Below, piece after piece: positions 1 to 14,699 of a stretch of DNA of 64,000 nucleotides. The DNA comes from Veleropilina oligotropha. Its lineage: Eukaryota. Location: positions 124,001-188,000 of the forward strand of contig JBEUKZ010000013.1 in the NCBI GenBank assembly GCA_048128005.1, written 5' to 3'. The first letter of the stretch is position 1. Each line of letters opens with the position of its first letter. Under the pieces are notes generated by a model, which was not told the origin of the DNA, made no database searches, and saw only the letters and a program-made list of their open reading frames with translations. Both the position numbers and the translations under genes were made by a program.

Positions 1-51
1 GTAATGACTGCTTCACATCTGTTCATTGTTATTGCTATTAGCATTCATCAT

Positions 52-333
52 ATGTACCACTCAAAGTTGGTTGAAGTTCACGCAGGGGCTGCTTCACCGC
101 TTTGTCTGATTGCGCTTGTAAAAAAAATTAATAAAATTGAAAAAACGCAACAAAAAAATATTTTGTTTATTATTATTATTGCTTATTGCATTCATAGTAT
201 GTATCATTGATGTCTCTCCTGTATATTATTGTGTACATTGTACTGTAATATTAGTTATAGTTTGTACTGCGCTTAGAGCTACACTAGAATAGGCGCATTA
301 TAAATGTATTAAATAATAATAATAATAATAATA
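52..333 (+). mobile_element. 3' end of a LINE/SINE-type retroelement ending in an (AAT)n tail
   Basis: Ends GCGCTTAGAG...AGGCGCATTATAAATGTATTAAAT(AAT)n, resembling L2/CR1 3' ends; a second copy lies reversed at about 30086-30338. Confidence 0.6.
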
Positions 334-1229
334 GATTTTATCTTATATCCTGCCGTTTCTATTGTGCACTATAATATTTCATGCACCGTACGTGCGAATG
401 TTAACAATCTCTGACGCATGCGCAATTCAGCGTAACTAAGGTCTTTTCTAACCATTTTGCAAGAATTTACTTATGACAATCTTACGTTTGTCCTAAGTTT
501 TACGTCTTGCGATAAACTTAAGACAACCTTTGTGAAACGGTCTTAAAATAATCTTAAAATTGTTCTAAGACTATCGTAAGTCTAAGACTTGCGACCGCAA
601 GTAAGATATTTGTGAAACGGGACCCTGGCTTAAGTTTGATTTGATCGATAAATGCCGCTACGCTCCGAATCTTTCTGAACGTTGCCAAGACTACATTCGA
701 CAGAATTTGAAAGGTTGCTCGATGACGTGACCGCACGCGCAGAAATATTCCAACATTTAAGATAACGTTTATCTGTGATTTGGACCATAACTGATAAAAC
801 TTCAGCAGAATTTGGTGCTTATGATAAACTCTACGCGCCTGCAGCTGTCAGCGCGAATCGCTTGACACTTGAAAAATAAATAAAATATTATGTGATATTA
901 GTAGCTAATATTTACCCATAACCGAACAATGCCTTATTTTTGAAAAATCAATCCCAGAATGCCTAGATTTCGTGTTTCCTGTTTATATCGTAGGCATATA
1001 TATATATTCAATTTTGTTGAAAATTCATTATTTTCTTCACACGTGTTAGTCTATAAGAGCTCGCACTTAACATAATTAAAGAAGCTGTACCATTTTTATT
1101 CCAGACCAGTTTAATACATGTGTACATATTTTAGTATGTCCTATGTAGCATATAACCAACAGCAAAGTAACTTATTAAAACAATAATGAGCATATGTGTA
1201 AATTTTGTGGCAGTTATGTAAGTCACGGC

Positions 1230-1382
1230 GCTACCCGCATGTAAATGACTGTAATGCTCCCAGAGGGAGTTGAGGTAGCACATTGAGTGGAACAGGCCCA
1301 TAGCCAGGTAATAATGTTCAGTGCATTGAGACAAGAGCGTAATAATGCGCTAAATAAGACCGGAGTATTATTATTATTATTA
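1230..1382 (+). mobile_element. SINE/LINE 3' fragment with (TTA)n tail
   Basis: GCTCCCAGAGGGAGTTGA...GCGCTAAATAAGAC followed by TATTATTATT; resembles L2-tailed SINE ends. Confidence 0.35.
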
Positions 1383-2732
1383 ATGCACAGTGAATTTGGT
1401 CAATGTAGTGTGGAACAGTAAGTGTCCATTTCCAAAAAAAACGAAGCACAATTGCATTTTTAAAATTCATTTATGATTTAAAATTGAAGATCGCAAACAA
1501 TTTGAATACAATGTATACGTTTAATCATGTATACATTTTCCTAATATTTTTTCCCAAAACCTGTTATAATATTAAGTATACCTTAAGATAGCATTGCGTA
1601 AACTGTTTAACAGCTTCTTCTGCATTCTGAGGCAGCTGCTATCTGTATATTACCATCAACAGTGTGTGGAGGGTTGGCCCAATGGGTGTCGCACGAACAA
1701 GACAATTTTAGTATTTAAAACTATGAAACAGCCTCTCCAGCATTATGATGCTGCAAATGCTATGTTTTATATTACTATCAACGATGTGTGTGGGGATGGT
1801 GTTACACGCAAAATAAAATGTAATATTTAAAACTGTGAAACCGCTTTTCCTGTATCATGGGGTACAAATGTGATGTTATTATATTATTACTATCTTCAGC
1901 ACGTGCATGAAAATTTAAACATTTAAAACTGTTAAACAGCTTATCCTGTGTTATGAGTCTGCAAATGCAATGCTTTTAGCTTACTACCAACAGTGTCCAT
2001 GGGGTTGGCCCCCTCGTGAAGGAAACGTTTGGTATTTAAGCTATCAAAAAACATATCATGCGTTTTGAGGCTGTTAATGTTTTCGCCAGAGGCTGTTGCC
2101 ATATATATATGTGCACCATTTTCATCATGAGTGTATTTCATACATTTATAGAGGATGGAGACATGCGCCATTGCGCCCCCTCTGTACTCGACCCTGCACT
2201 TTGTCGATCGTTTGATTACTTTGTTTGTGTTTTATATTATTTAGACGAGGCACCGCCTGATAAAGATAATCTGGCATCATTCATGTCATTCCCTGATTAA
2301 TTTTACTCTGTTATTATTATTGCAAGCTAGATTTTTTTCAGTCGACCAATTAAGTTTTCATCATAGAATAAATTGTTATGTTATGACTCTGAAATGTGTT
2401 AGCCTGTGTGCCAGCGAGCCTGTGTACATTTATAAATCACTCGCATGCGCTTGTGTGCTCCCAGCGCGAAAGTCATGAATTTTAATGTTCAGTTATGTTT
2501 TTGTCATTAACATTAGCATTGACTGGATATAATTTGGATGATTGATTCATGTTCTTCCTTTTATTCCAGTTCAAATTAAAGGCCGAATGAAGAAGATCGA
2601 TGTGTCATAACGATTTCGCTGTCAAATTATTCACCAATCACAGCCATGCCAAATTAATTGGAGTGATACTGGGGAACAATTCACAAACAGGACAGTTCTT
2701 TCTACAGCCACTTTGAAATAACGTCTGACTAA

Positions 2733-3437
2733 GTGTCTGTGGCAAATCACTCCATGATGCAAATAAGCTTAAACACCACGACTGTCAACGTCATGTGCAA
2801 CCTGACATTTTCAAGACCCATGCAAAGCCATATTGGGGAGAAAGCATTCCAATGTGGCCACTGCGATCATCGATGTTCAACTGCAGGCAATCTTAAGTCA
2901 CACATGCGAATACATTCCGGGGTGAAACCATACCAATGTTTTGTTTGCAATAAGACATTTTCACACTCGGGTAGCCTTAAATCACACATGGTAACCCATA
3001 CTGAGGAAACGCCCCCCTATCAGTGCGCTGAGTGTAATAAGACATTTGCACGAGCAGATAGTCTTAAGAGACACATGCGAATCCATACCGGTGAGAAACC
3101 ATACCAATGTGTTGTGTGTCATGCCGCCTTTACGGACTCTGGTCATCTTAAGACACACATACTTATCCATACTATGGAGAAGCCACATCAGTGCCATGTG
3201 TGTTGTAAGACGTTTGCACAATCAAGTACTCTTATGAGACACATGACAATCCATACTGGGGAGAAACCATACCAGTGTGTTGTGTGTGATCGGACATTTT
3301 CGCACTTTGGCAATCTTAACACACACATGATTACCCATACCATGGAGAAGCCACACATGTGTGATGTGTGTAGCAAGACTTTTGCACTACCACATAATCT
3401 TAACGGCCACATGCGAGTCCATACTAAGAGATATTAA
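2733..3437 (+). CDS. C2H2 (Kruppel-type) zinc-finger array, probably a terminal exon; 5' part looks degenerate
   Basis: Seven CxxC-x12-HxxxH fingers with HTGEKPY-type linkers; true start or upstream exons not resolved. Confidence 0.85.
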   Translation: MSVANHSMMQISLNTTTVNVMCNLTFSRPMQSHIGEKAFQCGHCDHRCSTAGNLKSHMRIHSGVKPYQCFVCNKTFSHSGSLKSHMVTHTEETPPYQCAECNKTFARADSLKRHMRIHTGEKPYQCVVCHAAFTDSGHLKTHILIHTMEKPHQCHVCCKTFAQSSTLMRHMTIHTGEKPYQCVVCDRTFSHFGNLNTHMITHTMEKPHMCDVCSKTFALPHNLNGHMRVHTKRY

Positions 3438-4665
3438 TTGATCAGTGTACTGGATGTCAGCAAAAATGTACACATGATACTCTCTTAAAACGGCACACGC
3501 CACGAGGAGCACGTGAGCCAGGTGTTTATGATATGCTCAAGATAATTAGCCTAGACCATTTCATTTAACTTTTTTATGTTTATTATTGTATTATGCTGAC
3601 ATGAATCAATTCAAAATGCCTGGTGTAGCACGTTAAAAGTGACCCGGATCATTTCTGTCCTAGAATAAAAGTGTCCTGGGGTAAGTTTTATTATTGGACA
3701 TAAGTGCCCGAGGTCAATTTTGCCCTTGGATTGAAGTGACCCAGTCAGGGTGAAAATAACCCCATTTAAATTTGGGAGATACCCTTATAGTAAAATTAAT
3801 AAATGTTACTTTAGTTTATTAACAAGTGATATAGATATACCAGTATCCAAGTGGCAAAAGCATAAATTGTTTTTAATATGCAAAAAATAATAAAACTTAT
3901 AATAATAATAATTAATATAATGCCCATGTGCAGACATGTCTATATTACATTCCCTATAATATCACTGTCAGAATAGAATATGTTATAAATATAGTCCTCT
4001 GACAACACCAATTCTTGATGCTAACTGTCCTTTATAGATGAAAATCACGTGTTACTGTCACTGCTGTGCCTACCTTACAGAACCGTGTTGTGATTTTTAC
4101 TCATATACGTTCTAAAGATCCCCTTGATTCAACTGCAACATTGTAATGCAAGAACAGAAGAGGAAAATCAAAGTGTCGATGCTTAATATCCTGTATATTT
4201 CCAACCATCATTTGATTCAAAGCAGGACATGTCCATATTATCGCGGGATGAAAGCGCGGTCGCCATGGGAAACCAGCCCTCTCTGACAGGTTACGTACAA
4301 CTGTGACTCATAACTTGACCAAATTATGTCATGTCTAAACCGAGGTTCAAGCTCACTAATGTGTGTGTCATCAGAATCTTGCCAGTATTTTTCGGAGTCC
4401 ACAGCCGAAACCATAGAACTGTCGAAGCGGCACTATAGTCAATGAAACATCATCTGCCCTCAACAACATGGATTTTGAAGACATCATACCCCCCCCCCCC
4501 ATACGCAATTTTTTTAATTTGGTGAAACCGGTAAATTACCGCATATGTGTCATGTTTGGTGTCATATGATATATGTGTATGTCTATGTCTATGTCTATGT
4601 CTGTGTGTGTGCGCGTGCGCGCGCCATGCATACCTGCATATATATATATATATATATATATAAAT

Positions 4666-4812
4666 ATAGGATATACCCCGGCCTTTTCAAATTGTGGCTT
4701 TATCTCACGAGTGGTATACAAGACTAAAAATTGAGCTTTAGCAGGATTTTTAGTCATGTATACCACGAGTGGGATAAAGCCACAATTTGAAAAGGCCTTG
4801 GTATATCTTATT
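4666..4812. repeat. Near-perfect ~150-bp hairpin (non-autonomous element-like)
   Basis: GGCCTTTTCAAATTGTGGCTTTATC...GTATACAAGACTAAAAAT is mirrored by ATTTTTAGTCATGTATAC...GATAAAGCCACAATTTGAAAAGGCC. Confidence 0.75.
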
Positions 4813-5555
4813 TATCCAATGTGGCTATTTTCATCATTTAAATTATTTATATTTGTTATATTTAACAGCAAACTGCATGATGATTGACTATTCACCTGGT
4901 TGATTTGCATAAAATGTGTTTCTATTCTAAATGAAATAGTCCAACAAATTTAAAAACTAAATACAATTATTTGTATATACCCTTATGAAAACAACGCCTT
5001 TCCCATTTCTGCATACATTAATGTTTACGTGAAAATGGTATACTGCCTTCATTTTAAAACATTAATAATAAGTTCATGCAGTACATTAATTAAGATTTAC
5101 AAAGAATGTCAGGGATTTCATTTATGCCTGATGTCACGGCACGCGCCGAATGTGGGCGGGGCTAAGTGTCAAGGCGAATTTCCCAAAACTGTTGATGCTG
5201 ATTGTTAGGCCGACAAGCTCATTATACATACTATATTAGACTCCCATTCCCATGCGAACAATGGTTACGATGAAATAATATATATAATTTAATAAGAAAT
5301 TGCTTGACATCAACGATTATGGACGTGTTGATTATTACCTTTCATTTGATACCAAACTCGATATGTTTTGTTATACATATTGTTTTGACCTATAATTATA
5401 AATGAAAAGGGGTGTGGTAATTTACGCAATATTATGCATGATGAAATAATATCTGAAAGATGTGCATTAAATTACGTATCATATAACACCACACGAGATG
5501 TGTAATTTAATATAATTACAAAATACCCAACTATATTTGTTTTAATATATAGCCT

Positions 5556-5683
<128 letters not shown>

Positions 5684-5821
5684 CCATTAGACAATTATAT
5701 GAGAGGCATAACATGGTTTTGTTTTAACCAACATATATTAACGCACTGGCATCGATGTTTACGGCCATTCTCCATATCATATTAAGAACATATGAAATTT
5801 GTGCATCAGTTAAAATGTCAT

Positions 5822-5893
5822 ATATCCCGACGGGACTCGAACCCGCGATCTCCTGAATTCTGTCCAGGTGCTCTACCGCTGAGCTACGGGAAC
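5822..5893 (-). pseudogene. tRNA-derived sequence (pseudo-tRNA or SINE head) inside a 280-bp unit bounded by 28-bp direct repeats
   Basis: Minus strand has A-box TAGCTCAGCGGTAGAGC and B-box GGTTCGAGTCC; D, anticodon and T stems pair, but the acceptor stem is incomplete and the anticodon loop (ACAGAAT) is non-canonical; ATCCATTAGACAATTATATGAGAGGCAT at 5682-5709 and 5962-5989. Confidence 0.7.
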
Positions 5894-6210
5894 CGACGAG
5901 AAATATGGCATTGAAACTGATACAAGTGATGACCAGTAACGGTCGGCTCTGGCTTGCATGCATCCATTAGACAATTATATGAGAGGCATTGCTCACTTTA
6001 GTAATAGTTGTCATTAGTGTTGAAATGCATTGAATTGAAACTGGAAACCTGGTCCCATAAGTTATATGAACAATGGGCTTACATTCTATTGGACTCGGTT
6101 TAGTTGTGCTGCCATTTTTTGTAGCAATCCCCCCCCCCCCCCCCATTAAGTGCCGCCATTACTGAATTTATATTTTCTTTGGCATCTCTAGAACTACTAG
6201 TGATAACAGA

Positions 6211-6349
6211 TATCAGGGCCGACCGCACAGAAAGTCTGATAGCACTAGCAGCGACATAACAGCTTTTGGGTCTATTGTTCTGTTATTGTCTTCAGCGCTG
6301 TTACTGCGTTACTAGTGCTATCAGACTTTATGTGCGATCAAACCAGATT
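6211..6349. repeat. Imperfect hairpin / MITE-like inverted repeat
   Basis: CGCACAGAAAGTCTGATAGCACTAG is mirrored by CTAGTGCTATCAGACTTTATGTGCG. Confidence 0.55.
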
Positions 6350-6536
6350 GAAAAACGGGGCGATACATGTGTTCTCATAGTCCATAAATCCAATAATGCT
6401 GGTTAGGAAATGATTCTATAACTTTAAAAAGTACTCTTCAGACACTAAGCGTCGCCATAACTGAATATTGATATCCTTTTAATTTCTCGATTTAGTCAGA
6501 TTTGTAAGTAAAAAAACTGTCTAGTACTGTCTTTCT

Positions 6537-9500
6537 CTAATCATTATCTTCTTGGTCAATGCACTCGTCATCGTCATCAGTATCTTGTTCTACCTGTTTA
6601 TTGTATTCATTCTGACAATCACTTTCTCCATGACAAGCACAGAAGAAAGTGCATGGCAAATGAACTACACAGCATCCGCACTGTGCATTATGACATGGGC
6701 TGCCTGATTTGCAACCACACGTTATCAGCTCCAAGATTTCTGGAGGAGCAAGGTCAACATCAGTAGGCAGTGTAACTGGCATGAGGGTCTTTGTGGCTTC
6801 ATCCCGTGTCCATCCATACTCAGTGGTGTCAAAGGTTGGAGGCTCCGAGTGAAGTGCAGCCTTCCAAATGGCTGTCTGAACATGAGCTCGGTGAACATTT
6901 TCGGCAAATGATTGTCTTGTTGGTGGTAGGGTCTTTAAGCCAGGTGCCGAAGTCAAGTTTTTCTTGCCCATTTTTCGTGACCATACTTCAACTCTGACTT
7001 GGGCCAATGTCATTTGTGCATCCATAGCGCTTGGCTATGAACTTGGCCGCTTCGGTGATCACTTCTGGCCACCATCTAGGTCACTAATCTTTTGGAGAGA
7101 ATGTCCGGCCTGTAGAATCTTGATGACAGTAGCTTTGCCAACACCAAACAGCTGTGCAACAGTATCACATCCAGAAAGGCAGTGCATTGCCAGAAGCTGT
7201 GGGGCAATATTATCATGCTTCTTTGCTGATGCTGCTACATCGATCAGGGCTCTGTCAGAACTAGTGGCTTCCATTGTTAGATGGCAGTTTACACCAAGTT
7301 TGTGATAAAAGTGCATGAGCAGCACTAAGACATATGTGTCATCGCATGACCTTTATACTGGTGGCACCACCTTCCGACAGCCCTGCCATTTGTTGCACCA
7401 TTATCACATCTGCCTCCTCATGGAAGGTCCGGAGGTCCTCCCTCCTTATTAGGACACCACTGCTGACTGGATCCCGACTGGTAATGACTAGCTTGTTGTT
7501 CATCTGTTGTCCTCTGATTACCAGTTCTTCACATACCAGATCGATGAGTTTGACTTTGTTATCAGCAACTGTCAGGACAACCTTTTGTGGTGGCAGAGGA
7601 CTCTGTAGGTTCAGGAGGTGCCGTCGACTTGTATGTTGACCAGCTCGTGTTGATCTTGTTGCACTCTTGATGCTGAAATCATAGTAGCGGTCAAACACAA
7701 CATATACATCTGTCTTTGCTGTACTGTAGATGATGAAGGTGCACATATTGTCAATGTAGTTTTGGACAGTTCTCTTGCAAGGCCAGTGCACACACCACAA
7801 AATGGCACATCCATCAATAATAACAGCTTGCGCATCTTGAGAGAGGCGTGAGGAAATCGGCACTTGAAGTTTCTTCTTCAAAGTTGACTTTGAAGTAGCG
7901 ATGCGCATTTCTCTAGTCTCTTTAAACATAGAAGCTGGTACAGGGGCCAGTTCAAATTTAACAACGTTTGTCAGTTCTATGTCTCGTGAATGCTGAAGTC
8001 CTAGCACCCTTGCGTAGATCAAGTTCACATCGTAGACGCATTTCCCTCCTACTTTCACAGAGTTCTTTGTTACCAACATTGTCACAACTTTCTTAGGCAA
8101 GGGGGAATTGAACCCTGATGGTAAGGAGCTCTCGAAAGACACCATATGTGCCTTGCCTAAGTCAACTGCTTGATCAACATTCACGGAGTCTGGGGCTATC
8201 CTTCCTGTGACAATGTTGATGATGCCTTCTGGCAGATCATCTTTGTCCATTGGGCAAACACAACAGTTTATCTCGAATGTTCTTCCGGTCCTGACTGTCA
8301 GCTCGTATTCGTGATGGTTTCTCTTCCTGTGAGCGGTCACCTCCACTTCTTTGTATCCTCTGGTCATGTCAGCAACATATTTGATGATTTTTGTGCAGGT
8401 GTGCATACTCAGTGCCCATTGTTTCAGTGCTGATGGCTTGAGAGTAATTCCTATGATGCCTTTAACCCCATGGCCGTACCTCATAAAAGTACTTTCGATA
8501 AACATGTCTGACCAAATTCCATTAAACAATCCAGGCTTGTCTCATCATATGGTCCCCTTCCATGAAGTAATCTAAGATGCCATCAGGGAGACGCTCCATG
8601 GACCGGAGGTAATAGAGTCCATAACGCGCATAGTTGAAATGTCCAGCTGCAAAGAAATAAGGAAGCATTTCTTTCACTGCGAGGAGATGCAAAGGCCAAT
8701 CAGCTTCGCGTTCTGCCCGCACGAAGATCATCATCAGAAAGACAGGCTTTATGAGACATTCTACCCACAGGCGCGTTGTCCTACTCTGTTTCGACAATGT
8801 TTCAAGATGTTGTAGAAGATCGTTGTGACACTCCATCTGCCCCAGAATTACATTTAAAACCTCGTCAGCAAAATACCAAGTGCCCGAACATTTTGCGGAA
8901 ACTTTTTTCCAGAGAGCATCTTCGCCACGCCACCAAAGCCAGCTTTCATTACCTCCTCAAGACCGCTATTCGCCATTAAGTTCCCCAGCACACCCAACAC
9001 AACTCATCAGCAGGTGCATCCCTCCAAATCTTGGAATGAAATGCAAAAAGCGGTCTTGTTATATCCATTTGATCACTACAGCAATCCTGTGCAATTGTTG
9101 ATCATTTGTGAAGAGTGTTACACGTTGTCCACAGCTATTCGTCAGTTCGTGCGTACTCACCATTGCTGTCAAGATCGTGTCTGGATCGGCGGGGTTCATG
9201 TCGATAAGGGGGCGGTAAATTGCGTTTGTGGCTGGTCCAATAGAATGGCCTTGTTCTCTATACAACTTGGTGTTGAATCCATTGAACTCTGGTGTGTCTT
9301 GGTCAGAAAGAACTTTCTGCAGGAAGTCGAAATCAAGAGAACGGGCTCTTGAAATTGCTACCACATGGTGAGCTAGAACACGTAGGGGTAACACTTTGCG
9401 GTTTGCTTCAAGCTTTGGCATGTCGGGTTTCTTTGGTCCTTTTTACCTTCCAGCAGGGATATCGTCAATTGCCAGATCATGAACTTCATCAGCTGTCAGA

Positions 9501-10727
9501 CGCCGGAATGTCTGAACACTGTGTCTCTCCTCAACCAGGTACCTATCTGTCACAGTTAGGAGAATGAGTATTATTTAGGGCTGCTGATGCTGCATATGCT
9601 TTAAAACGCAAAACTTCGTCATTGGAGCAAGCTACCCGGAAATCATAGAACTGTTCCACTAGAGATCTCTGATTAAGGACAACACCTAGTGAAATCTGAA
9701 GAGTGGTAGGATGGTTGGTTAGAATGCTGGTCACAATGTTGCCAATGAGTGCTGCTGACGTAGTACGGTTCAGTTTTTCAGACATTTTCAATAACAGTGT
9801 AAGAAGTGTTTGACTAACGGAAGAAAGGTCAATGTCTACACTAGCCAGATAATTTTTCTTGTCAGCTCCTAAGTGCTTTGATTCACGGACTATGCGGTTT
9901 GCGACAGTTTCTAATGAACTATCTATGTCGTCATCATCTTCCTTTGGTACCAGGCGTAACATGTCGGATACCTTACTCTGAAACACCAACATTTTGGCAA
10001 CACCTGAACTAGTTAAAATAAGAAAATCTGGTCCAAAATGATCTGACAACTTAGTAAGTAATGTTCTACGAGACAGCTTCGTACCAACTTTTGACAAATA
10101 CAGTTTATACACCTACAGTGTTCCATATTCAGGACATATCAGCCATGATTTCAGAAGCAGTTGACTGAAATCTGGAGTTGAATTAGGGCTCATCATATCA
10201 GCCGATTTCACTGCACGGTCTGTCATGAATGTGTCTCTGCAGTCTTGATAGTATCTCGCATCTGCTGCATGGAGATCACTTACTGCTCCGATTACACGAA
10301 TCTCTACACTTCTTGCCCAGTTGTCCTGACGAATATGACAAATGTCTAGGACTGTATGCCATAATATATGCTTCACCATAAAACAGGCGGTGCTTCCTGA
10401 AGTCAAAAGCACTAGTGTGAGCTTTAGAACGGCAGGATCGCTTCTCAGTTGGTGGGAAGTCTTCGGTTTCCGCATTACGTTTCAAAAACGCATTGATATG
10501 GGACTGAGAGGTGTAGGATGACACACACTCTCGGTGACACGGCACAGATAAGTTTTCATTATTGGCAAGACGTTGTTCCAAATTAGGATGAAGGTCGTCC
10601 TTATATAGATCTTACTTGCCCGGTGGCCCGGTTGTAGACAATGGTTTCTTGGAACTGGAGCCTGTACATGGCTTAAAAATACACTTGTCCATTTTAGGGT
10701 ATCCTGAAGCCAAATAAACATGGGCAA
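6537..10727 (-). pseudogene. Frameshifted, intronless large ORF of a decayed DNA-transposon-like element (PIN/XPG-like nuclease motifs, C-terminal CXC cluster)
   Basis: Chain of collinear minus-strand ORF fragments; motifs RAEREADWPLHL..PYFFAAGHFNYARY, IIDG, VVFDRY, HEEAD, HCLSGCDT..GVGK, LPPT..HVHRAHVQ..W and CGCKSG..C...CGC...PCT.FCAC; superfamily not assigned. Confidence 0.7.
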
Positions 10728-10806
10728 TCAGTATAAACAAATTTGAAACAGAATATGAAATAAACATGGGCAATCAGTTTAAACAAATTTGAAACAGAAC
10801 ATGAAA
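10712..10806. repeat. Tandem duplication of a ~46-bp unit
   Basis: AAATAAACATGGGCAATCAGT.TAAACAAATTTGAAACAGAA.ATG occurs twice. Confidence 0.85.
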
Positions 10807-12736
10807 TTTAAATGATAGAGCTACTAAAATATGGCAGCACCAAACAATTTAATTTAGTTTTTAAATAGGTGTGGCTATATTATAGCCTACTACACACATG
10901 TAAGCTAAACTAATACAGCTAACAAGTAAGAGGACTGCTGGGGTATTTACCATTATAATAATGCATGCATTATTACAATACAATACAATGTACAGTGCAG
11001 TCCATGCATTATAGATAATATACTAATCAGTGGGCTTTATTATTCTTACCAATTAAACCCAATTTTTTCACTTTGTTTTCATTGAAAACGGTGATCAACA
11101 ACTCTTAGATGACACTAGATTAATCAGCTTATGTTTCAAAAGGAAATATGTCTGTTTATATTTGCTGCTTCACAATCATGCCCTCTGTGAATTAAAACTG
11201 GAACTAAACTATGCTCTCTTGCATAATAGTATGCCATTGTTTTTATTGTAAATGATACAGAGATCAATGAAATTCGCAAATTCAGTAATTGGTGGCACAT
11301 AATTAGCATATTTCTGAACATGCGCATATTACGAATGTTCTGGCATTGGTCTCATTTGATTCGTAGACCCTGTAAACATGGGTATAGACAACATTTATTT
11401 GATCCTATCCCATATATTCATCAAGATATCGCTGAAAAACTGAATTTCGATAATGGCGGACTTAATTTGCTTATTACGCAAATTGCCCAAATGTGACAGG
11501 GTGGCATCACTTGGATTCTTGTTCAGCACACTTCAAAGATATAAGAACTACAAAAAAACTTTGGTGGAACCCTACTGCAAGGTTCACCCCAAAAACAGAG
11601 TTTCACTGCAGGACTAAAAATAAATGACAGAATTGCATTCCTAGTATAAGAAAACATATCAAACGTCATATTATTCACGTATCTATCTTATATGTCTGCA
11701 AATATATGAGAACAAGATTATTTTCACTATTCCATGGCGGCCATTTTGGATTTCGTTAATTTTGAAACACATGATTGCCTGTCAACTTCATTTGTTTGCA
11801 ATTTTTTTAAAGAAAAATGGCAGAATTTACTTCCTAGTGTCCGCATACATAATATTATAAAGAGATATATTATTCATGTATCTATCTAAACTGGTGGCAA
11901 ATATATGAACCAACAAATATTTTGACTGTTCCATGGCGGCCATCTTCGATTACGTCATATTACTACCTGTTAGGGGTCTCGAAAAAAATGCAACCCTATT
12001 TTTTCTTCTTCCCTATATTATTTTAAAGCATAATCAAGTGATAAATCACTTTTAACAAACAAAATACACGAAAGGCCATTTTATGACATAATTAAAGGCC
12101 TACATCAATCTCCACGCATGCGCCGACTGCGCCATGCTACATCGATCTCTGCCACTGGTGATGGCACTACTTTAATTTCAATTGAAAATCTGTGTGATTT
12201 CCATGACGTCAATTGACTCAGTTGTATTATGTGTTCATACGTCGCCACGTGCTATTGTTTATGTCGCCATCGGTGTCGGTTAGCATCAACAAAATGCATT
12301 ATATTCGAACTGCTGGCCTTTCTAACGAGTGACTCCCTCCCACACACATTTATTTAGTCGATATTTAACATTTACTTACTGCTAACATAAATATTCCATT
12401 TTAATAAGCGGTAGATCGCCGCAAAAAAATGAAACGGTATTTCTTCACGCGTGCCCGCATCCATCTTGTTTACGAATGACATTACACAAGTAGGATTATT
12501 TGCTCTGGGACATAGTTTCATTTACAAATAAACTGGATGTTTGGAGTGCATTTTAAGATAATCACTATGTAAACATGTGGTTATCATTCACAAAAATTAA
12601 AGCCAAATTAAAAAATGAAAATATCACCTCATGAACGAGATGAGGCGAATCGCCTCATGGCTGAACCAGCGGTCGCAGAGATTGTATGGACGTACACGAC
12701 AGGGGAAGGGACGCAACTGTGCTGGAGATAGGGCCT

Positions 12737-13259
12737 ACACTAAGGGGTGTGCTCGAGACGCCTGTCCAGAACAGGTTCTGTCTGTCCTGTATTTCTATTT
12801 CGAATGGTTCTGCACAGGAACAGTTGTTCAGACATGCGCACAAGTGGACAATGGTCGCATTGTTGTGAAATATATTCAAAAACAGTAGTTAGTTTTATTA
12901 CTATTAAATAACATGTAAAAATAGACACAATGTCTTCATAAATATAACGCTCGGCAGTTAAGAAAAAATGTCAACAAAGAAAATTCGCGTCTAATATGAT
13001 TCCAAAATATCAAATAAGTTCTGTAAAAGTCATATTTTTGCTATCGTATTAAATAATTGTTGCATAAAGATGTTATTTACATTGAAAAACATTATATTAT
13101 GGAAGTTTAAATTGATAGTCACATGATGGGTAACGTCACTGTTCCCTCTCGCTGGCTGGAACATTCGGCACAGGTTTTCCGGACACCGTTCTCGACCGTT
13201 CGAGTGCTGTTCTGTCTGTCCAACACGTTATGGACAGCGTTTCGAGCGCACCATAGTAG
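12737..13259. mobile_element. MITE-like element with imperfect TIRs
   Basis: GGTGTGCTCGAGACGCCTGTCCA at left versus TGGACAGCGTTTCGAGCGCACC at right; AT-rich interior. Confidence 0.45.
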
Positions 13260-14699
13260 TGCTACCAGCTAGGGCAGATACAGGCCGTCTTCGACACTCG
13301 GGTTTGACGTCATTCGGAGCAGCTTCGGTGATCTCCGATTAAAATCGTTACAATTATGTATTTAGGCGAGTTCATTGAAGATAAATGGTGGGGTAGGTCA
13401 GCATTTCATGTAGGTTTTTGTCCAATTGCACATACTGTCCTAATATCATGTATATATAGTAATCTTCAGGAGAATGCAGTTGACAGATTATATACTTAAG
13501 CAAATTAAAATAAGTTATTAGGGGGGGGGGGGGGTGCTGTTCATGGTAAATTTTGTAGTCTGATTTACATCTGATCATGTGTATAATGGCGACGCACTTA
13601 TAATTAAGTTAATACATGATCAATACATAATATATACTGCTATAAAAAGTTCGAAATATTCTGATTTATAATAAAATTGCACTTTACGTTGTTAATTTTA
13701 CAGAAACAGGTAATTTATAATAAAAACAGTAATCAATTTAATAGAAGCCTGTTGCATTTGACGTGAGACCACAATGAAGATGGTGCCAACAGAAACGGTC
13801 AAATGAATTAAGGGTAACCCCCCCCCCAAAAAAAATCATTCCTTCATCTTTGCATCACGCCTTTTCGTTATCGAATTGCGTACACACATGTACCATGGTT
13901 TTAGCAATAAATGTTCATTAATTTTCCGTGCCCACACGAACTGCAGTATCTATGCATAGCATTGTTCATGACCCCCACCACGAGTTTCAATCCACCTACA
14001 GGCATACATAAAATAACGTTGTCCCACTGGGCCTAGCTGGTAGACCGAAAATGCATGTTCTCTGCACAATAACAAACGTCTTTGAAGATTGTTTTTACTC
14101 AGGTTGGAACTTTATTAATTTTAGCTCGATCGCCTAGATCTAAAACCGACAGCAAGCAGACGATTTTCCATTGATCGTTTGGTCGGATACGCTTCTCCGA
14201 CCTTGAGTCCCGGAACGACGTAGGTTAGTTGTTATGATGCTGAACCAAGACGCTAAGTATCTGAGTTCGATTTCCGGGTATGAAAAAAGTTATTATTTGA
14301 CACATTATATGTAATTATACGTCGCCTCAATTGCACACATCATCCGTCTATCTTGTAGAGACGTTCAACGGGGCCCAGACACTGTAAAATATAATCATAA
14401 AACTAACCTGATTCAAATCAAATCAAAACTGGCTTTAAATCTGAATCTCCCCCCGTATTTCTCTGGCATTTATAAATCAACGCCTTGTGAATGTTTTTGG
14501 TACACCTTCACGTGAAGAGTGGGTTGCAACTCGGTGGTGGGGATCACAAAAATTGACCCCAGTACGTGTAATCACAAGAACATAATCAGCATTCACTGCT
14601 AAAACATCCGAAATTTTAGTACACAATATTATTAAATAACGAAAAATGTTGATGCGAACAGTAGTGGGTTCAAACCTCGGCAGGGTCATCATACATTTG

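Noticed and set aside
5822..5893. Functional tRNA-Ser(AGA)
   Set aside because: Broken acceptor stem, non-canonical anticodon loop and no long variable arm
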